64,000 nt of DNA from Petroclostridium sp. X23. GTDB taxonomy: Bacteria; Bacillota; Clostridia; SK-Y3. Positions 1 through 9,712 of the stretch are shown here, piece after piece (positions within the stretch are counted from its first letter, which is position 1; each line of letters opens with the position of its first letter). A program made the position numbers and the translations under genes. The notes beneath the pieces were generated by a model, which saw only the letters and a program-made list of their open reading frames with translations, ran no database searches and was not told the origin of the DNA. The stretch is taken from assembly GCF_030013905.1 (NCBI RefSeq), contig NZ_CP124862.1:1241051-1305050 (forward strand). Reading direction: 5' to 3'.

Positions 1-866
1 AAATTATTGAAAAACTCCATTTCTTCCGGCGCATTTTCCATTACATACTGAATGATATACTTCATCATTTCTTCTGCCAGCTTCATATCATCTTTTAATT
101 CGGCAAACGCAATCTCAGGTTCAATCATCCAGAATTCAGCCGCGTGTCTTGCTGTGTTGGAATTTTCCGCTCTAAAAGTCGGACCAAATGTATATATATT
201 TCCAAAAGCCATGCAATACGTCTCGCCCTCTAACTGCCCGCTAACCGTTAAATTGGTTTGTTTTCCAAAGAAATCCTGAGAGTAATCAATATTTTCTTCC
301 TCATCTCTTGGGGTATCATTAAAATCCAAAGTAGATACCCTAAACATGGAACCGGCTCCCTCCGCATCACTCCCTGTAATTATAGGTGTATGGACATATA
401 CAAAGCCTCGCTCCTGAAAAAACTTATGTATTGCATATGCTAAGATAGACCTGACTCGAAAAACAGCTGAAAAAGTGTTTGTACGGGGTCTTAAATGAGC
501 AATGGTTCTCATATACTCAAAAGAATGCCTTTTTTTCTGCAGCGGATATTCGGGTAAAGAGGTGCCTTCAATTTCGATTCTTACCGCTTTCACCTCAAAT
601 GGCTGCTTTGCTTGTGGGGTCTCTACCAACTCACCTATTACTGTTATGGAAGCCCCAACATTTTGTTTTGATATTTCTTTGAAATTATCAATCTGATCTT
701 TTTCAAATACAATTTGAAGGTTTTTAAAAAAAGATCCATCATTGATCTCAATAAATCCAAAGGCTTTGGATACTCGAATGGTTCTTACCCATCCGGAAAC
801 CTCTACGGACCTATTAAAAAAGTCTTTCGTATTTTTATACAAATCTTTGATTGTTTGTCTCTCCAC
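1..866 (-). CDS. asnS: Asparagine--tRNA ligase, partial: N-terminal ~288 aa, C-terminus beyond window start
   Basis: Minus-strand translation from GTG at 866 gives [32 protein letters not shown]...[25 protein letters not shown], which is the class II aaRS motif 2 typical of AsnRS. RBS AAGGAGG at 879-873. Not in the ORF track because it is partial. Confidence 0.85.
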   Translation of the reverse strand, partial: MERQTIKDLYKNTKDFFNRSVEVSGWVRTIRVSKAFGFIEINDGSFFKNLQIVFEKDQIDNFKEISKQNVGASITVIGELVETPQAKQPFEVKAVRIEIEGTSLPEYPLQKKRHSFEYMRTIAHLRPRTNTFSAVFRVRSILAYAIHKFFQERGFVYVHTPIITGSDAEGAGSMFRVSTLDFNDTPRDEEENIDYSQDFFGKQTNLTVSGQLEGETYCMAFGNIYTFGPTFRAENSNTARHAAEFWMIEPEIAFAELKDDMKLAEEMMKYIIQYVMENAPEEMEFFNN

Positions 867-1000
867 AGCAATTCCTCCTTCATGAATATATATGCGGTCT
901 ATGATGCTAATTGTGATGTTAAATATATGTTTGCTTTATTTTTGCCGTTAAAACTAAAAATACGCTTTTCCCAGAACATATTATATCATTTTTGAGTGGG

Positions 1001-1059
1001 GAGTGAATAGTGGGGAGTGGGGAGTTTTTTTTATATTCTCCTCACCCCCCACTATTCAC
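1001..1059 (-). terminator. Long GC-rich hairpin between the GH18 gene stop and the asnS promoter. Likely the GH18 gene terminator, overlapping the asnS -35.
   Basis: Arms agtgaatagtggggagtggggag / ctcctcaccccccactattcact, about 23 bp, around a T-rich loop. The minus strand further toward asnS carries TTCACT-16-TGATATAAT (extended -10). Confidence 0.45.
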
Positions 1060-1066
1060 TATTAAA

Positions 1067-2386
1067 TTATAATACCTTTGCAACATCATACAATGAATTC
1101 AGTACCAACCAATTCTGCGGGAAATATCGTCCTATTGTCCAATAACTTACTCCCCCAAGGTTATATTCATTCACCAGCCTCAACTTGGCTTCTATACTTC
1201 TTGCATCTTCAAACCACACGACATGCTGCTTTCCAGCAGCATCATAATAATTATAGAATGGCGCCTGAGCAACCGGATCATATTGGATTGCGGCGCTTAC
1301 TCTTGCTGCCTGATCCACCGCTCCCGTATTGGACAGGGTTCTTGCCTGCGTGCCCCGTACAAATGGAAGCGTCCAATCATAACCGTAATTGGGTATTCCC
1401 ATCAGGATCTTTTCAGAAGGTATAGCGGTTACCGCATAGTTTAATACTTTACGCACCTCATTAATAGGTGCTACTGCCAGCGGCGGACCGGCGGTATATC
1501 CCCATTCATAAGTCATGAGTATGACATGATCTACCAGAGCACCATGTACAGGATAATCATGCGCCTCATATAGCAGACCGGTTTGGCCGGCGGAAATCTT
1601 TGGTGCCAGCGCCGTACTGATTGTGTACCCTAATGGCCGGAGCCTCTGTACAACTTTTCTTAAAAAATTATTGTAATCTTCCCTATTCTCCGGATAGATA
1701 TACTCAAAATCGATATCCAATCCAAAATAGTTCTTTGTTCTTAAAATTTCGATGACATTATTTATCAATGTCTCTTGTGCTTCATTATTAGTCAGGATTG
1801 CTTGAGCAATATCGCTGTTAAAACCTCCGCCCTCTTCAAGGTTTGTTATTACCATCAACGGCGCAACATTCGCAGCTCTGGCTGCTTGAATAAGCGGCGT
1901 GTCGTCAATGGTGTTTAAGCTTCCGTCAGGCTTCACCTCATAACTGAATATGCTTAAATAGGTAAGATTCGGCAGTGTTTTCCTTAATACTTCCCTATCA
2001 ATATTGGGAAATGCATACCCATTTACCTCTATGGTACCCAATTTTTGAGTCCGTGGGGGTATGGTAATCACCTGTCCCGGATAGATCTGTGCCGGACTGG
2101 TAATCTGCGGGTTAGCCGCCAATAACGCTTGTACCGTTACACCATAATCTCTTGCAATCGCATAGAGTGATTGACCTGGAGCCACCCTATGCTGTCGGGT
2201 GCCTTCAAGAATTACCAATGTCTGCCCTACCACAAGTTGATTTGGATTGGCAAGTTCGTTATCAGCGATAATCTTTGAAGGTTGTACTCTATACAATCTT
2301 GCAATATTATACACACTTTCGCCCGGTCTTACAACATGAATAATCAACAACCTCACACCTTTCAAAAATATACTCTTATATTCCAA
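1067..2386 (-). CDS. LysM-LysM-GH18 protein, a YaaH/SleL-like spore peptidoglycan hydrolase (chitinase-like)
   Basis: Two N-terminal LysM motifs (VVRPGESVYNIARLY; HRVAPGQSLYAIARDYGV) followed by a family-18 glycosyl hydrolase core (GLDIDFEY catalytic motif). The listed start is TTG; an alternative TTG a few codons downstream sits behind GAGG. Confidence 0.75.
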   Translation of the reverse strand: MEYKSIFLKGVRLLIIHVVRPGESVYNIARLYRVQPSKIIADNELANPNQLVVGQTLVILEGTRQHRVAPGQSLYAIARDYGVTVQALLAANPQITSPAQIYPGQVITIPPRTQKLGTIEVNGYAFPNIDREVLRKTLPNLTYLSIFSYEVKPDGSLNTIDDTPLIQAARAANVAPLMVITNLEEGGGFNSDIAQAILTNNEAQETLINNVIEILRTKNYFGLDIDFEYIYPENREDYNNFLRKVVQRLRPLGYTISTALAPKISAGQTGLLYEAHDYPVHGALVDHVILMTYEWGYTAGPPLAVAPINEVRKVLNYAVTAIPSEKILMGIPNYGYDWTLPFVRGTQARTLSNTGAVDQAARVSAAIQYDPVAQAPFYNYYDAAGKQHVVWFEDARSIEAKLRLVNEYNLGGVSYWTIGRYFPQNWLVLNSLYDVAKVL

Positions 2387-2596
2387 TATATGCGAGTATA
2401 CAAAAAAGGTGTCGGTGTTAACTTTGCCGCTTTTCTACCTTTTGTGAATGTTTAATTTAAACTTCTTATTGTTACTTTTTATTATTATCATTTTGATAGA
2501 TATCTATTACATGAGCATTTAAACTACGGGTATGTTTCCTAAAATTTTTTGGCATACTAAAGATGTTCGAAATTCAAGTTTAAAGGAGGATTTTAT

Positions 2597-4729
2597 ATGT
2601 CAGATCAAGATATCAAGAATTCCTATAACAGAAGTGCTGAGAGAATGCGGGGAGACAATAAGACTTTCGCATCTGCCCTTACCAGAGATGATACAAATGA
2701 TCCGACACTTCATGAAGATCTTCATGAAACCGTTCATGTGAATTATGATGATATCGAAAAATCTCCTTCCATGGAGCAGGTTCATCAGTGGCAGAGAGAA
2801 CATATGCAAAAAGACGATCAGTCCAAGGAAGGATACCCTCTTAATGTTATCATCGACCCGGCAATGCGGGAAATGTACCAGGTTGTACATAATGCAGGCA
2901 TGACCAATGTTTTTGACCGTTTCAGCCAACAACAGCCTATTCAGTGCAAATTCTGTATTGAAGGGTTGTCCTGCCAGCTTTGCGCAAATGGTCCATGCCG
3001 TATAAGCTCCAAGGTTCCCAGAGGGACCTGTGGTGTAGACGCACATACCATGGTTGCCAGAAATTTTGTATATCGGCATGTTACCATCGGTACTTCTGCG
3101 AATATATTCCATTGCCATCAGGCTGCAAGAACATTAAAAGCAGCGGGTGAGCATCCGGAAAGCGGATTAAAAATAAGAGATCCGGAAAAATTGAAAAAAT
3201 ACGCAGATATGGCAGGGCTGGATGCGAATAAACCAATTAATCAACTGGCTGTAGAATTTGCCGACTGGGTAATGTCTGATATTCACAGTCCCTTCCATAT
3301 TCCATCAAAAACAGTGGAAGCTTTTGCTCCGGCAAAACGTAAGGAATTGTGGAGAAATTTAGGGCTATTTCCCGGCGGCGGCTACAGCGAGGTCGCTTAT
3401 GCACAAACCATGTGCATGACCAACTTTACTTCCGACCCTGTAGCATTTTTACTAACCAGTGTACGTCTTGGTATTGCTAACGAATATCAAGGATTATTCT
3501 TATTGGATATTATCCAGGAAATACTAATGGGTACGCAGGAAATCGCTATGAAAAAGCAAAATATGGGACTGTTGAAAGAAAATATGATCAATATTGTCAC
3601 CAACGGTCATATGCCTCTTCTTGCCCATGTTGCCATCGATTTGGCTTCTACCGATGAATGGCAGCAAAAAGCCAAAGCAGCAGGAGCCGAGGGCATTCAA
3701 ATATTGGGACACGTATGTGAAGGACAGCAATTGATCAACTATGAGGGAATGCATAATCAAAAGGGATATGGCGGCCAGGAAGGCGAATGGCTGTCGCAGG
3801 AATATCTGCTGGCAACCGGCGTCGTAGACCTGTTTATGTTTGATTATAACTGTACTGTTCCAACCATGCCGCTTTTCGCAAAACGTTTTGGCACAAAACT
3901 ATTGAGTACGCATCCTGTAATAAAACTTCAAGGTACTGAAACTTTGGACTTTGTTCCTGAAAAAATGAAAGAACAGGCCGTGAAGGCACTTGATAAAGCG
4001 ATTGAATCTTTTAATAAAAGAAAAGGTACTAGTGAGAAAAAATATATTCCGCCGCATACATCAGATTGTATGGTAGGTTTTAGTACCGAATCGGTTAAAA
4101 AGGCATTAGGTGGAAGCTTCAAGCCCCTCATTGAACAAATCGCAAACGGAAACATCAGAGGCATCGCTACCATTGTTGGCTGTACTACTGCCCGTTATGG
4201 TCAAGGCGGCAGCAATATCTTCCGCATTACTCAGGGACTAATCAAAAATAATATATTGGTGCTATCGGGCGGATGTACCTCTGCTGTTATGGAATACACG
4301 GGACTTACAAACCCTAAAGCTGCAGATGAAGCAGGCGAAGGATTAAAAGCGGTATGCAAGCAATTGGGCATTCCTCCTGTATTGACCTATGGCGCATGCG
4401 TAGATATAGGAAAAATGACGCATACGGCAAAAGAAATTGCCGATGAGCTAGATGTGGATACCAATATGCTTCCTCTTGTCATCGGAGCACCTGAATATCT
4501 GGAGCAGAAAGCAGTCGCTGACGCATGTACCGCTGTTGCTCTTGGATGGCTGGTGCATGTCGCACCCGTACCTTCCATTACCGGCAGTGATGTTGTGGTA
4601 AAAACACTTACCGAAACAACTGAAACACTTGGACTAGGAAAAGTAGTTGTAGAAATGGATGCTGAAAAAACCATTCAAATTTATGTGGACCATATTGAAA
4701 AGAAACGTAAGGAGTTAGGATTGAACTAG
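2597..4729 (+). CDS. cooS: Anaerobic Ni-dependent carbon-monoxide dehydrogenase catalytic subunit (CooS family), with ~100-aa acidic His-containing N-terminal extension
   Basis: CKFCIEGLSCQLCANGPCRI...GTCGVDAHTMVARNF matches the CooS N-terminal B/D-cluster Cys motif and the following GxCG motif. Length 710 aa. RBS AAAGGAGGA at 2581-2589. No cooC, cooF or acs genes are adjacent. Confidence 0.8.
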   Translation: MSDQDIKNSYNRSAERMRGDNKTFASALTRDDTNDPTLHEDLHETVHVNYDDIEKSPSMEQVHQWQREHMQKDDQSKEGYPLNVIIDPAMREMYQVVHNAGMTNVFDRFSQQQPIQCKFCIEGLSCQLCANGPCRISSKVPRGTCGVDAHTMVARNFVYRHVTIGTSANIFHCHQAARTLKAAGEHPESGLKIRDPEKLKKYADMAGLDANKPINQLAVEFADWVMSDIHSPFHIPSKTVEAFAPAKRKELWRNLGLFPGGGYSEVAYAQTMCMTNFTSDPVAFLLTSVRLGIANEYQGLFLLDIIQEILMGTQEIAMKKQNMGLLKENMINIVTNGHMPLLAHVAIDLASTDEWQQKAKAAGAEGIQILGHVCEGQQLINYEGMHNQKGYGGQEGEWLSQEYLLATGVVDLFMFDYNCTVPTMPLFAKRFGTKLLSTHPVIKLQGTETLDFVPEKMKEQAVKALDKAIESFNKRKGTSEKKYIPPHTSDCMVGFSTESVKKALGGSFKPLIEQIANGNIRGIATIVGCTTARYGQGGSNIFRITQGLIKNNILVLSGGCTSAVMEYTGLTNPKAADEAGEGLKAVCKQLGIPPVLTYGACVDIGKMTHTAKEIADELDVDTNMLPLVIGAPEYLEQKAVADACTAVALGWLVHVAPVPSITGSDVVVKTLTETTETLGLGKVVVEMDAEKTIQIYVDHIEKKRKELGLN

Positions 4730-4834
4730 ATAAATGATAATAGAGTAATGGAAAGTGGGGAGTTTTCTGTCTCCTCACTTATAGATGATCAAATTGAAAA
4801 TTATAAACTTACAACTTATATCTTGCGAGTTCTT

Positions 4835-4864
4835 GTAGGGGCGGACAGGGTCGTCCGCCCCTAC
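4835..4864. terminator. Perfect 12-bp-stem hairpin between the convergent cooS and cheR-like genes; likely a bidirectional terminator
   Basis: gtaggggcggac-agggtc-gtccgcccctac, followed by an A/T-rich tract. A second weaker hairpin (agtggggag...ctcctcact) lies at 4754-4778. Confidence 0.5.
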
Positions 4865-4922
4865 AAATATCCTTTTAATAGATCATGGCATTCAAATCCC
4901 AAGTTTTTATATAGCCAGTTGA

Positions 4923-6071
4923 TCATGGCTTTCTTTTAAATATTTTATCAATGTCTTTATATTTATCAAAATACATGTACCCGTTGTTATGGGTTATTCC
5001 TTCACTCTTACCTAATACTAAAAAACCATTTCGTTCCAAAGAATTCCAAAAAACTTCCAGCACCTTTTGCTGCAGACTATTATTGAAATAAATCAATACA
5101 TTTCTACATAGTATTAGATGAAATTCATTCAATATACCTTGCTGGCATAGACTGTGTTCAAAGAACAATATATTCTTTTTCAAGTCTTCCCTAATCATCA
5201 GATATTTTCCTGTCATTGTAAAATAGTTCATAAAACTTTTCATTCCTCCGGCTTTTCGATAATTGATAATGCAATTATCCACATCATCCATCGGATACAA
5301 CCCATTTTTCGCTTCCTTGATTACCAAAGGATTGATGTCAGTGGCATAAATTTGTGTTTTCCCCAACATTCCGAGCTCGTCCAGCATCATTGCCATTGAA
5401 TATGGCTCCTGCCCGCTAGAACATCCTGCACACCATATCTTTATATGCGTAAAAGAATTTAAATACGGAAGTACCTTTTCACTAATTCTTCTATAGCTTT
5501 CAGGGTCTCTAAAAAATTCTGTAGTATTGATTGAAAAGTCCAATAATAGCTGTCCAAATTGTTCCTCATTTTCCAGTATCAATCTACGAAAATCGACAAA
5601 TCTTCCAATGCTCTTATTTAACATAGACAGCTTGATTCTCCTGATGATACTTTCCATTTGGTATTGAGTATAGTCATACCCATATTTAAGGAATAGTTCA
5701 TTCAAAAAATCTTTGACATCTTCTTCTTTTATTTTTTCTTTGTACGCTGGTTTATAATCGGATGTCACCCCTGTATACACAGTCTTTTCTCTAATATATT
5801 GACATTGGATATCCAGCTTGCTTAGATATGAAAATAGAAACCTTTTAACTACAAATATCTTGATTTTCTTATATTTCTGCATTGACATTAATATATTGAC
5901 TATATTTTTACTCAGTATACCGGCATCTGAAAAAGTCACATGCAGTTCCATATCATCTTTTTGTTTAAGCACAAAAATGAAATACTGTTCATCTTCGATG
6001 TTATATAAATCTCCAGAAACAAAAACATGCTTTATTCTATTATTCTCACGATGAACATTAATATTTCCCAT
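4923..6071 (-). CDS. CheR-type protein-glutamate O-methyltransferase with an extra ~110-aa N-terminal domain of unknown function
   Basis: CheR_N-like helix region (EDVKDFLNELFLKYGYDYTQY). SAM-dependent methyltransferase core (TEFFRDPESY, IWCAGCSSGQEPYSMAM, YATDIN, LCRNVLIYF). Last gene of the histidine-kinase operon. Confidence 0.75.
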   Translation of the reverse strand: MGNINVHRENNRIKHVFVSGDLYNIEDEQYFIFVLKQKDDMELHVTFSDAGILSKNIVNILMSMQKYKKIKIFVVKRFLFSYLSKLDIQCQYIREKTVYTGVTSDYKPAYKEKIKEEDVKDFLNELFLKYGYDYTQYQMESIIRRIKLSMLNKSIGRFVDFRRLILENEEQFGQLLLDFSINTTEFFRDPESYRRISEKVLPYLNSFTHIKIWCAGCSSGQEPYSMAMMLDELGMLGKTQIYATDINPLVIKEAKNGLYPMDDVDNCIINYRKAGGMKSFMNYFTMTGKYLMIREDLKKNILFFEHSLCQQGILNEFHLILCRNVLIYFNNSLQQKVLEVFWNSLERNGFLVLGKSEGITHNNGYMYFDKYKDIDKIFKRKP

Positions 6072-6125
6072 AACCTATCTCATAAAACTCCATTTCTCAA
6101 ATCAATCTCAAGTCAAAAATCCGGT

Positions 6126-9100
6126 CTATTTATCTATCCAAGCCTTCACCAGACGAATTAACACATTATAATCTATGGGTTTGGAAATATAATCACTTGC
6201 TCCTACCGCAATGCATTTTTCCTTATCTCCTTTCAAGGTTTTTGCTGTTACTGCTATAATAGGAATATTCTTTAGTTTTTCATTATCCCGGATTGACTTT
6301 ATCATCTCATAACCGTCCATCACCGGCATCATAATATCCGTTAAAATCAAATCGATTTTATTTTCTTCAAGCTTTTTCAATGCAACTTTACCGTTTTCCG
6401 CCTCAATGATTTCAGCTCCATAATTCTCAAGTGTAGATGCCAACACAAATATATTTCTTGCATCATCATCAGCAATTAAAATCTTCTTTCCTTGTAAGTT
6501 TAAAGTATTTTTCTCATTTGCTGAAGAATGCACATACTGTCTATTCTTTTTTCTTACTTTATGCAAGAAAAGGGTTACTTCATCCAACAGCCGTTCATCC
6601 GAATTAGCTGTTTTAATAATAATGCTATCAGTATATTTGTTTAGTTGCTTTTCCATATCACCGGTTAATTCACTCGCGGTATAAATGATAATAGGAATTT
6701 TTATATTCTGCTCATCAATGAACTTACATATATCCATTCCATCTTCATCCCTTAACTGTAAATCCAATATTACGGCATCATATATTCTTTTAGAAAGTTC
6801 TGTTTTGGACTTCTCAACGCTATCCACACAAACGATTTGTATGTCTCCATTCCCAATTAATTCTTTCATCGCATTACGCTGAATCTCATCATCTTCAATA
6901 ATCAGTAAGTTTTTAGGACTCTTTTCCGAGAAAGCGATCATCTCAGAAATGATTCTGGCAACATCATTTGCATCAATAGGCTTCTGATAAAACCCTATGG
7001 CTCCCAATTTTTGCGCTTTGATATCTTTATTTTTCGCGGAAATGATATGTACAGGTATTCTTCTTAACTCTACATTATTTTTTATCTCTCTTAGCACTTC
7101 CATGCCGCTTATATCCGGAAGCATCAGATCAAGTAAAATTCCATCTATTTTATAATTCCGCACAAACTCTAATCCTATTTTTCCGGTAGGTGCAAGGAAT
7201 GTATTTAATCCCATGCCATCATTTATTTTTTTTATATATTTTGCAAAATCCGTATCGTCTTCAATAATGAGAATGTTCTTCTTTGATTGCCCTATACGCT
7301 CAATACCTTGTTCATCATCATTTAAACCTTCATGCGCTGCCGCAGTTTCTTCATATAGTATTTCCATCATATCATTAATGGCAATATTGCTTAAATGCAG
7401 TGAGAAAATGCTGCCTTTTCCCTCTTTAGTAACTACAGTAATTTTACCATCCATTATTGCTGCCAATTTGTTAGATATTGAAAGCCCTAAACCTGTTCCA
7501 CCATACTTTCTTGATATAGAACCATCCCCCTGCTTAAACTCTTTAAAGATGGTAAACAATTTTTCTTCCGGTATCCCTATACCTGTATCTGCAACTGAAA
7601 AAATGATCCCATTTTCTTTTTTCAGGTCCCGTGTCACTTGAAGTGTAACCGAACCTTCCTCAGTAAACTTGATTGCATTCGAAAGGAAATTACGTAAAAT
7701 CTGAGAAATTTTCTCTCGATCTCCTACTAATGCAGCATTTATCGAATCCTCCACCTCAAAATTTATGCCTTTTTCTTCTGCTGCCAAATGGAATAACTGC
7801 TGCATCTCTAATACCAATTCATTGGAATGGAACCTGGATATATTCAAATCCATTTTACCGGCTTCAATCTTTGAAAGGTCAAGAATGTCATTAATCAGAC
7901 GAAGAAGTTCCTGTCCGGCGTTGTATATTACATTGATTTTTTCCAATTCTTTTTCGCCTAATGCTTTATGCTCATTTCTAAACATTAGTTTAGATAGTAG
8001 TATGATAGAATTCAGTGGTGTACGCAGCTCATGAGACATATTGGCCAGAAATTCCGATTTGTATTTATTGGCTCGCTCTAATTCTATGGTACGATGATGC
8101 AGTTCCTCTTTAGACTGCTCCAATTCTTGATTCTTTTTACTAAGCATTCTGGACTGTTCTGCAAGCATTTGCTGTTGTTCTTCTAAATACGTGTTGGTTT
8201 GCTGCATTTCTTCACTCTGCTGTTGGAGCTGCTGCTGCTGTTCTTCTAACTCCGCATTTGTCTGTTGAAGCTCTAATGTTTGCTGATGAAGGAGTTTCTG
8301 TTGTTCTTCAAGCACTTCATTTGCTTTCTGCAGCTCTTGTGCACTCTCTTGTGCTTCTCTATGTGCTTGCTCGGTAATTTCAAACAGTTCTTTAATCTGC
8401 TGATTTTGAAGGGCAGAATATAGGTTGATTGATATTACTCTGCTTGCCTCTGCCATATATTCTTGTTTTAATTGGTCAAACACTTCAAAAGAAGACAGCT
8501 CAATCACACCATATAGTTCATCCTCATATACTAATGGAAATGCATAGATATTTAGGGGTGCTTCCTTGGAAGTTCCTGTTACAATCGTTGATTGGGACTT
8601 TTTAATATTTTTAAGATGGATAGGCCTTTTATCCACTGCAACTTGTCCGATAATTCCCTCCCCAAGCTTACAGCAGTTTAAAAGTTGATTTGCTTCATTA
8701 GAAGCAAATGTCGCTTGCAACTTTAAAACTTTCTCTTCAGGGTCATAAATATAAAAGACTCCATTCCCTGCCTCCATAATTCTTGAAAGAAGATTAATGG
8801 TTTTTTGGGCAAGGTCTTTTAAATCGAGGTCTCCCCAAAGCTCTTCATTAAGAAGATTTTGATTGTCCTTTATCCAGAACTGCTGTTTCAATTTTTTAAT
8901 TAATGTATTGTAATGTCCTGCCATATTAGTGATTTCATTTTCGCCCTCCAAGTCGGCTTCAGCTAATATGCCTGTATTGACACTGCTATACATTATTTTT
9001 CTCAGAAAACTAATTGGACTTATGATGCTGCGTATGATAAATACAAATATCCCCAAAGATATGAGGCAAAAAAAGATCATCCAAAAAATCTGCGTATTTT

Positions 9101-9668
9101 TTTGAAATTTCTGTACCTCGTTAGTTTGGTCTATAATTTCGCTGGTACGCTTAATAATTGTATCATCAATTTGCTCTAGTTTATTCTCAAGCTGCTGGAC
9201 AAACAATGTGTTTTTTACTTCAAAAGCCTCTTGCGCTTGTTGATGGTTTCCTTGTATAGCCAACATTATAATATCTTGTTGATTCTCTCTCCATTGTACG
9301 AGTATCTTGTCAATTTCTTTTCCTAATTGAGTTATTTCTTTCTCTTTGGTATTCCTTCGTACAATATCAAGTCGTCCATCCAATATCTGGTTTTGATAAG
9401 TCACTTCTTCTACCAGTCTCTGTACTTCGGACAGGTTCTCGGTTAATATGATTTCTCTCATTTTTGCTTCAGTTTTAAAAATCTGTACTCTCGCTTCAAT
9501 TGCAGCGTTGGATACCTTTAAATAATTATCGTGCATATTTTGCGCTAAACGCACCATTTGCTGCATTTGTAATATCTCAAATGCAGCAAACGCTATGAAC
9601 ATCATCATAAATATTGAAAATATGCCCAGTAATCTATTTTTAATACTTATATTATTTAAAAACCGCAT
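6126..9668 (-). CDS. Hybrid sensor histidine kinase: two TM helices with a periplasmic sensor, HAMP-like region, GAF domain, Gln/Glu-rich coiled coil, HisKA, HATPase_c and three receiver domains
   Basis: TM helices near residues 15-35 and 195-217. GAF-like segment (GEGIIGQVAVDKRPIHLKN). H-box ANMSHELRTPLNSI. G-boxes (DTGIGIPEE; GGTGLGLSI). Three REC domains (IIEDD...DLMLPD...K; IIEDD...DLQLRDEDG; IADDD...DIMMPVMDG...K). Confidence 0.85.
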   Translation of the reverse strand: MRFLNNISIKNRLLGIFSIFMMMFIAFAAFEILQMQQMVRLAQNMHDNYLKVSNAAIEARVQIFKTEAKMREIILTENLSEVQRLVEEVTYQNQILDGRLDIVRRNTKEKEITQLGKEIDKILVQWRENQQDIIMLAIQGNHQQAQEAFEVKNTLFVQQLENKLEQIDDTIIKRTSEIIDQTNEVQKFQKNTQIFWMIFFCLISLGIFVFIIRSIISPISFLRKIMYSSVNTGILAEADLEGENEITNMAGHYNTLIKKLKQQFWIKDNQNLLNEELWGDLDLKDLAQKTINLLSRIMEAGNGVFYIYDPEEKVLKLQATFASNEANQLLNCCKLGEGIIGQVAVDKRPIHLKNIKKSQSTIVTGTSKEAPLNIYAFPLVYEDELYGVIELSSFEVFDQLKQEYMAEASRVISINLYSALQNQQIKELFEITEQAHREAQESAQELQKANEVLEEQQKLLHQQTLELQQTNAELEEQQQQLQQQSEEMQQTNTYLEEQQQMLAEQSRMLSKKNQELEQSKEELHHRTIELERANKYKSEFLANMSHELRTPLNSIILLSKLMFRNEHKALGEKELEKINVIYNAGQELLRLINDILDLSKIEAGKMDLNISRFHSNELVLEMQQLFHLAAEEKGINFEVEDSINAALVGDREKISQILRNFLSNAIKFTEEGSVTLQVTRDLKKENGIIFSVADTGIGIPEEKLFTIFKEFKQGDGSISRKYGGTGLGLSISNKLAAIMDGKITVVTKEGKGSIFSLHLSNIAINDMMEILYEETAAAHEGLNDDEQGIERIGQSKKNILIIEDDTDFAKYIKKINDGMGLNTFLAPTGKIGLEFVRNYKIDGILLDLMLPDISGMEVLREIKNNVELRRIPVHIISAKNKDIKAQKLGAIGFYQKPIDANDVARIISEMIAFSEKSPKNLLIIEDDEIQRNAMKELIGNGDIQIVCVDSVEKSKTELSKRIYDAVILDLQLRDEDGMDICKFIDEQNIKIPIIIYTASELTGDMEKQLNKYTDSIIIKTANSDERLLDEVTLFLHKVRKKNRQYVHSSANEKNTLNLQGKKILIADDDARNIFVLASTLENYGAEIIEAENGKVALKKLEENKIDLILTDIMMPVMDGYEMIKSIRDNEKLKNIPIIAVTAKTLKGDKEKCIAVGASDYISKPIDYNVLIRLVKAWIDK
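8160..8345 (-). repeat. Coding heptad repeat in the hybrid histidine-kinase coiled coil: three L-E-E-Q-Q-x-x-L units (a Glu-Gln pair motif like MCP methylation sites)
   Basis: The DNA units ctgttgttcttc / ctgctgctgttcttc recur. Translation: EVLEEQQKLLHQQT ... AELEEQQQQLQQQS ... TYLEEQQQMLAEQS. Confidence 0.6.
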
Positions 9669-9712
9669 TTCTTTCCCCTCTAATCATGGTAAATTCCATC
9701 CCTGCTATTCAT

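Noticed and set aside
880-1066. Expected T-box leader upstream of asnS
   Set aside because: Only about 200 nt is available. There is no AATTAGGGTGGTACCGCG T-box sequence and no specifier-loop architecture. A plain promoter (TTCACT-16-TGATATAAT) is present instead.
1078-1425. Plus-strand ORFs (1078..1425, 1223..1444) inside the minus-strand GH18 gene. Similar antisense ORFs occur elsewhere: 2600..3118, 7213..7641, 7765..8034, 33313..34131 (272 aa), 49419..49976, 51202..51999 (265 aa), 59920..60339, 60343..60717.
   Set aside because: They lie entirely antisense within long, well-supported coding genes, have low-complexity or repeat-mirrored composition, and have no RBS. They are shadow ORFs.
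2597-4729. Hybrid-cluster protein (Hcp) as an alternative to CooS
   Set aside because: The N-terminal Cys spacing is C-x2-C-x4-C-x5-C followed by GxCG...ARN, which matches CooS and not the Hcp CxxCxxxC pattern.
8160-8345. Short tandem DNA repeats (ctgctgctgttcttc...) that could be mistaken for a CRISPR or VNTR array
   Set aside because: They sit in frame inside the hybrid kinase gene and encode the LEEQQ coiled coil. There are no spacers of constant length and no cas genes.
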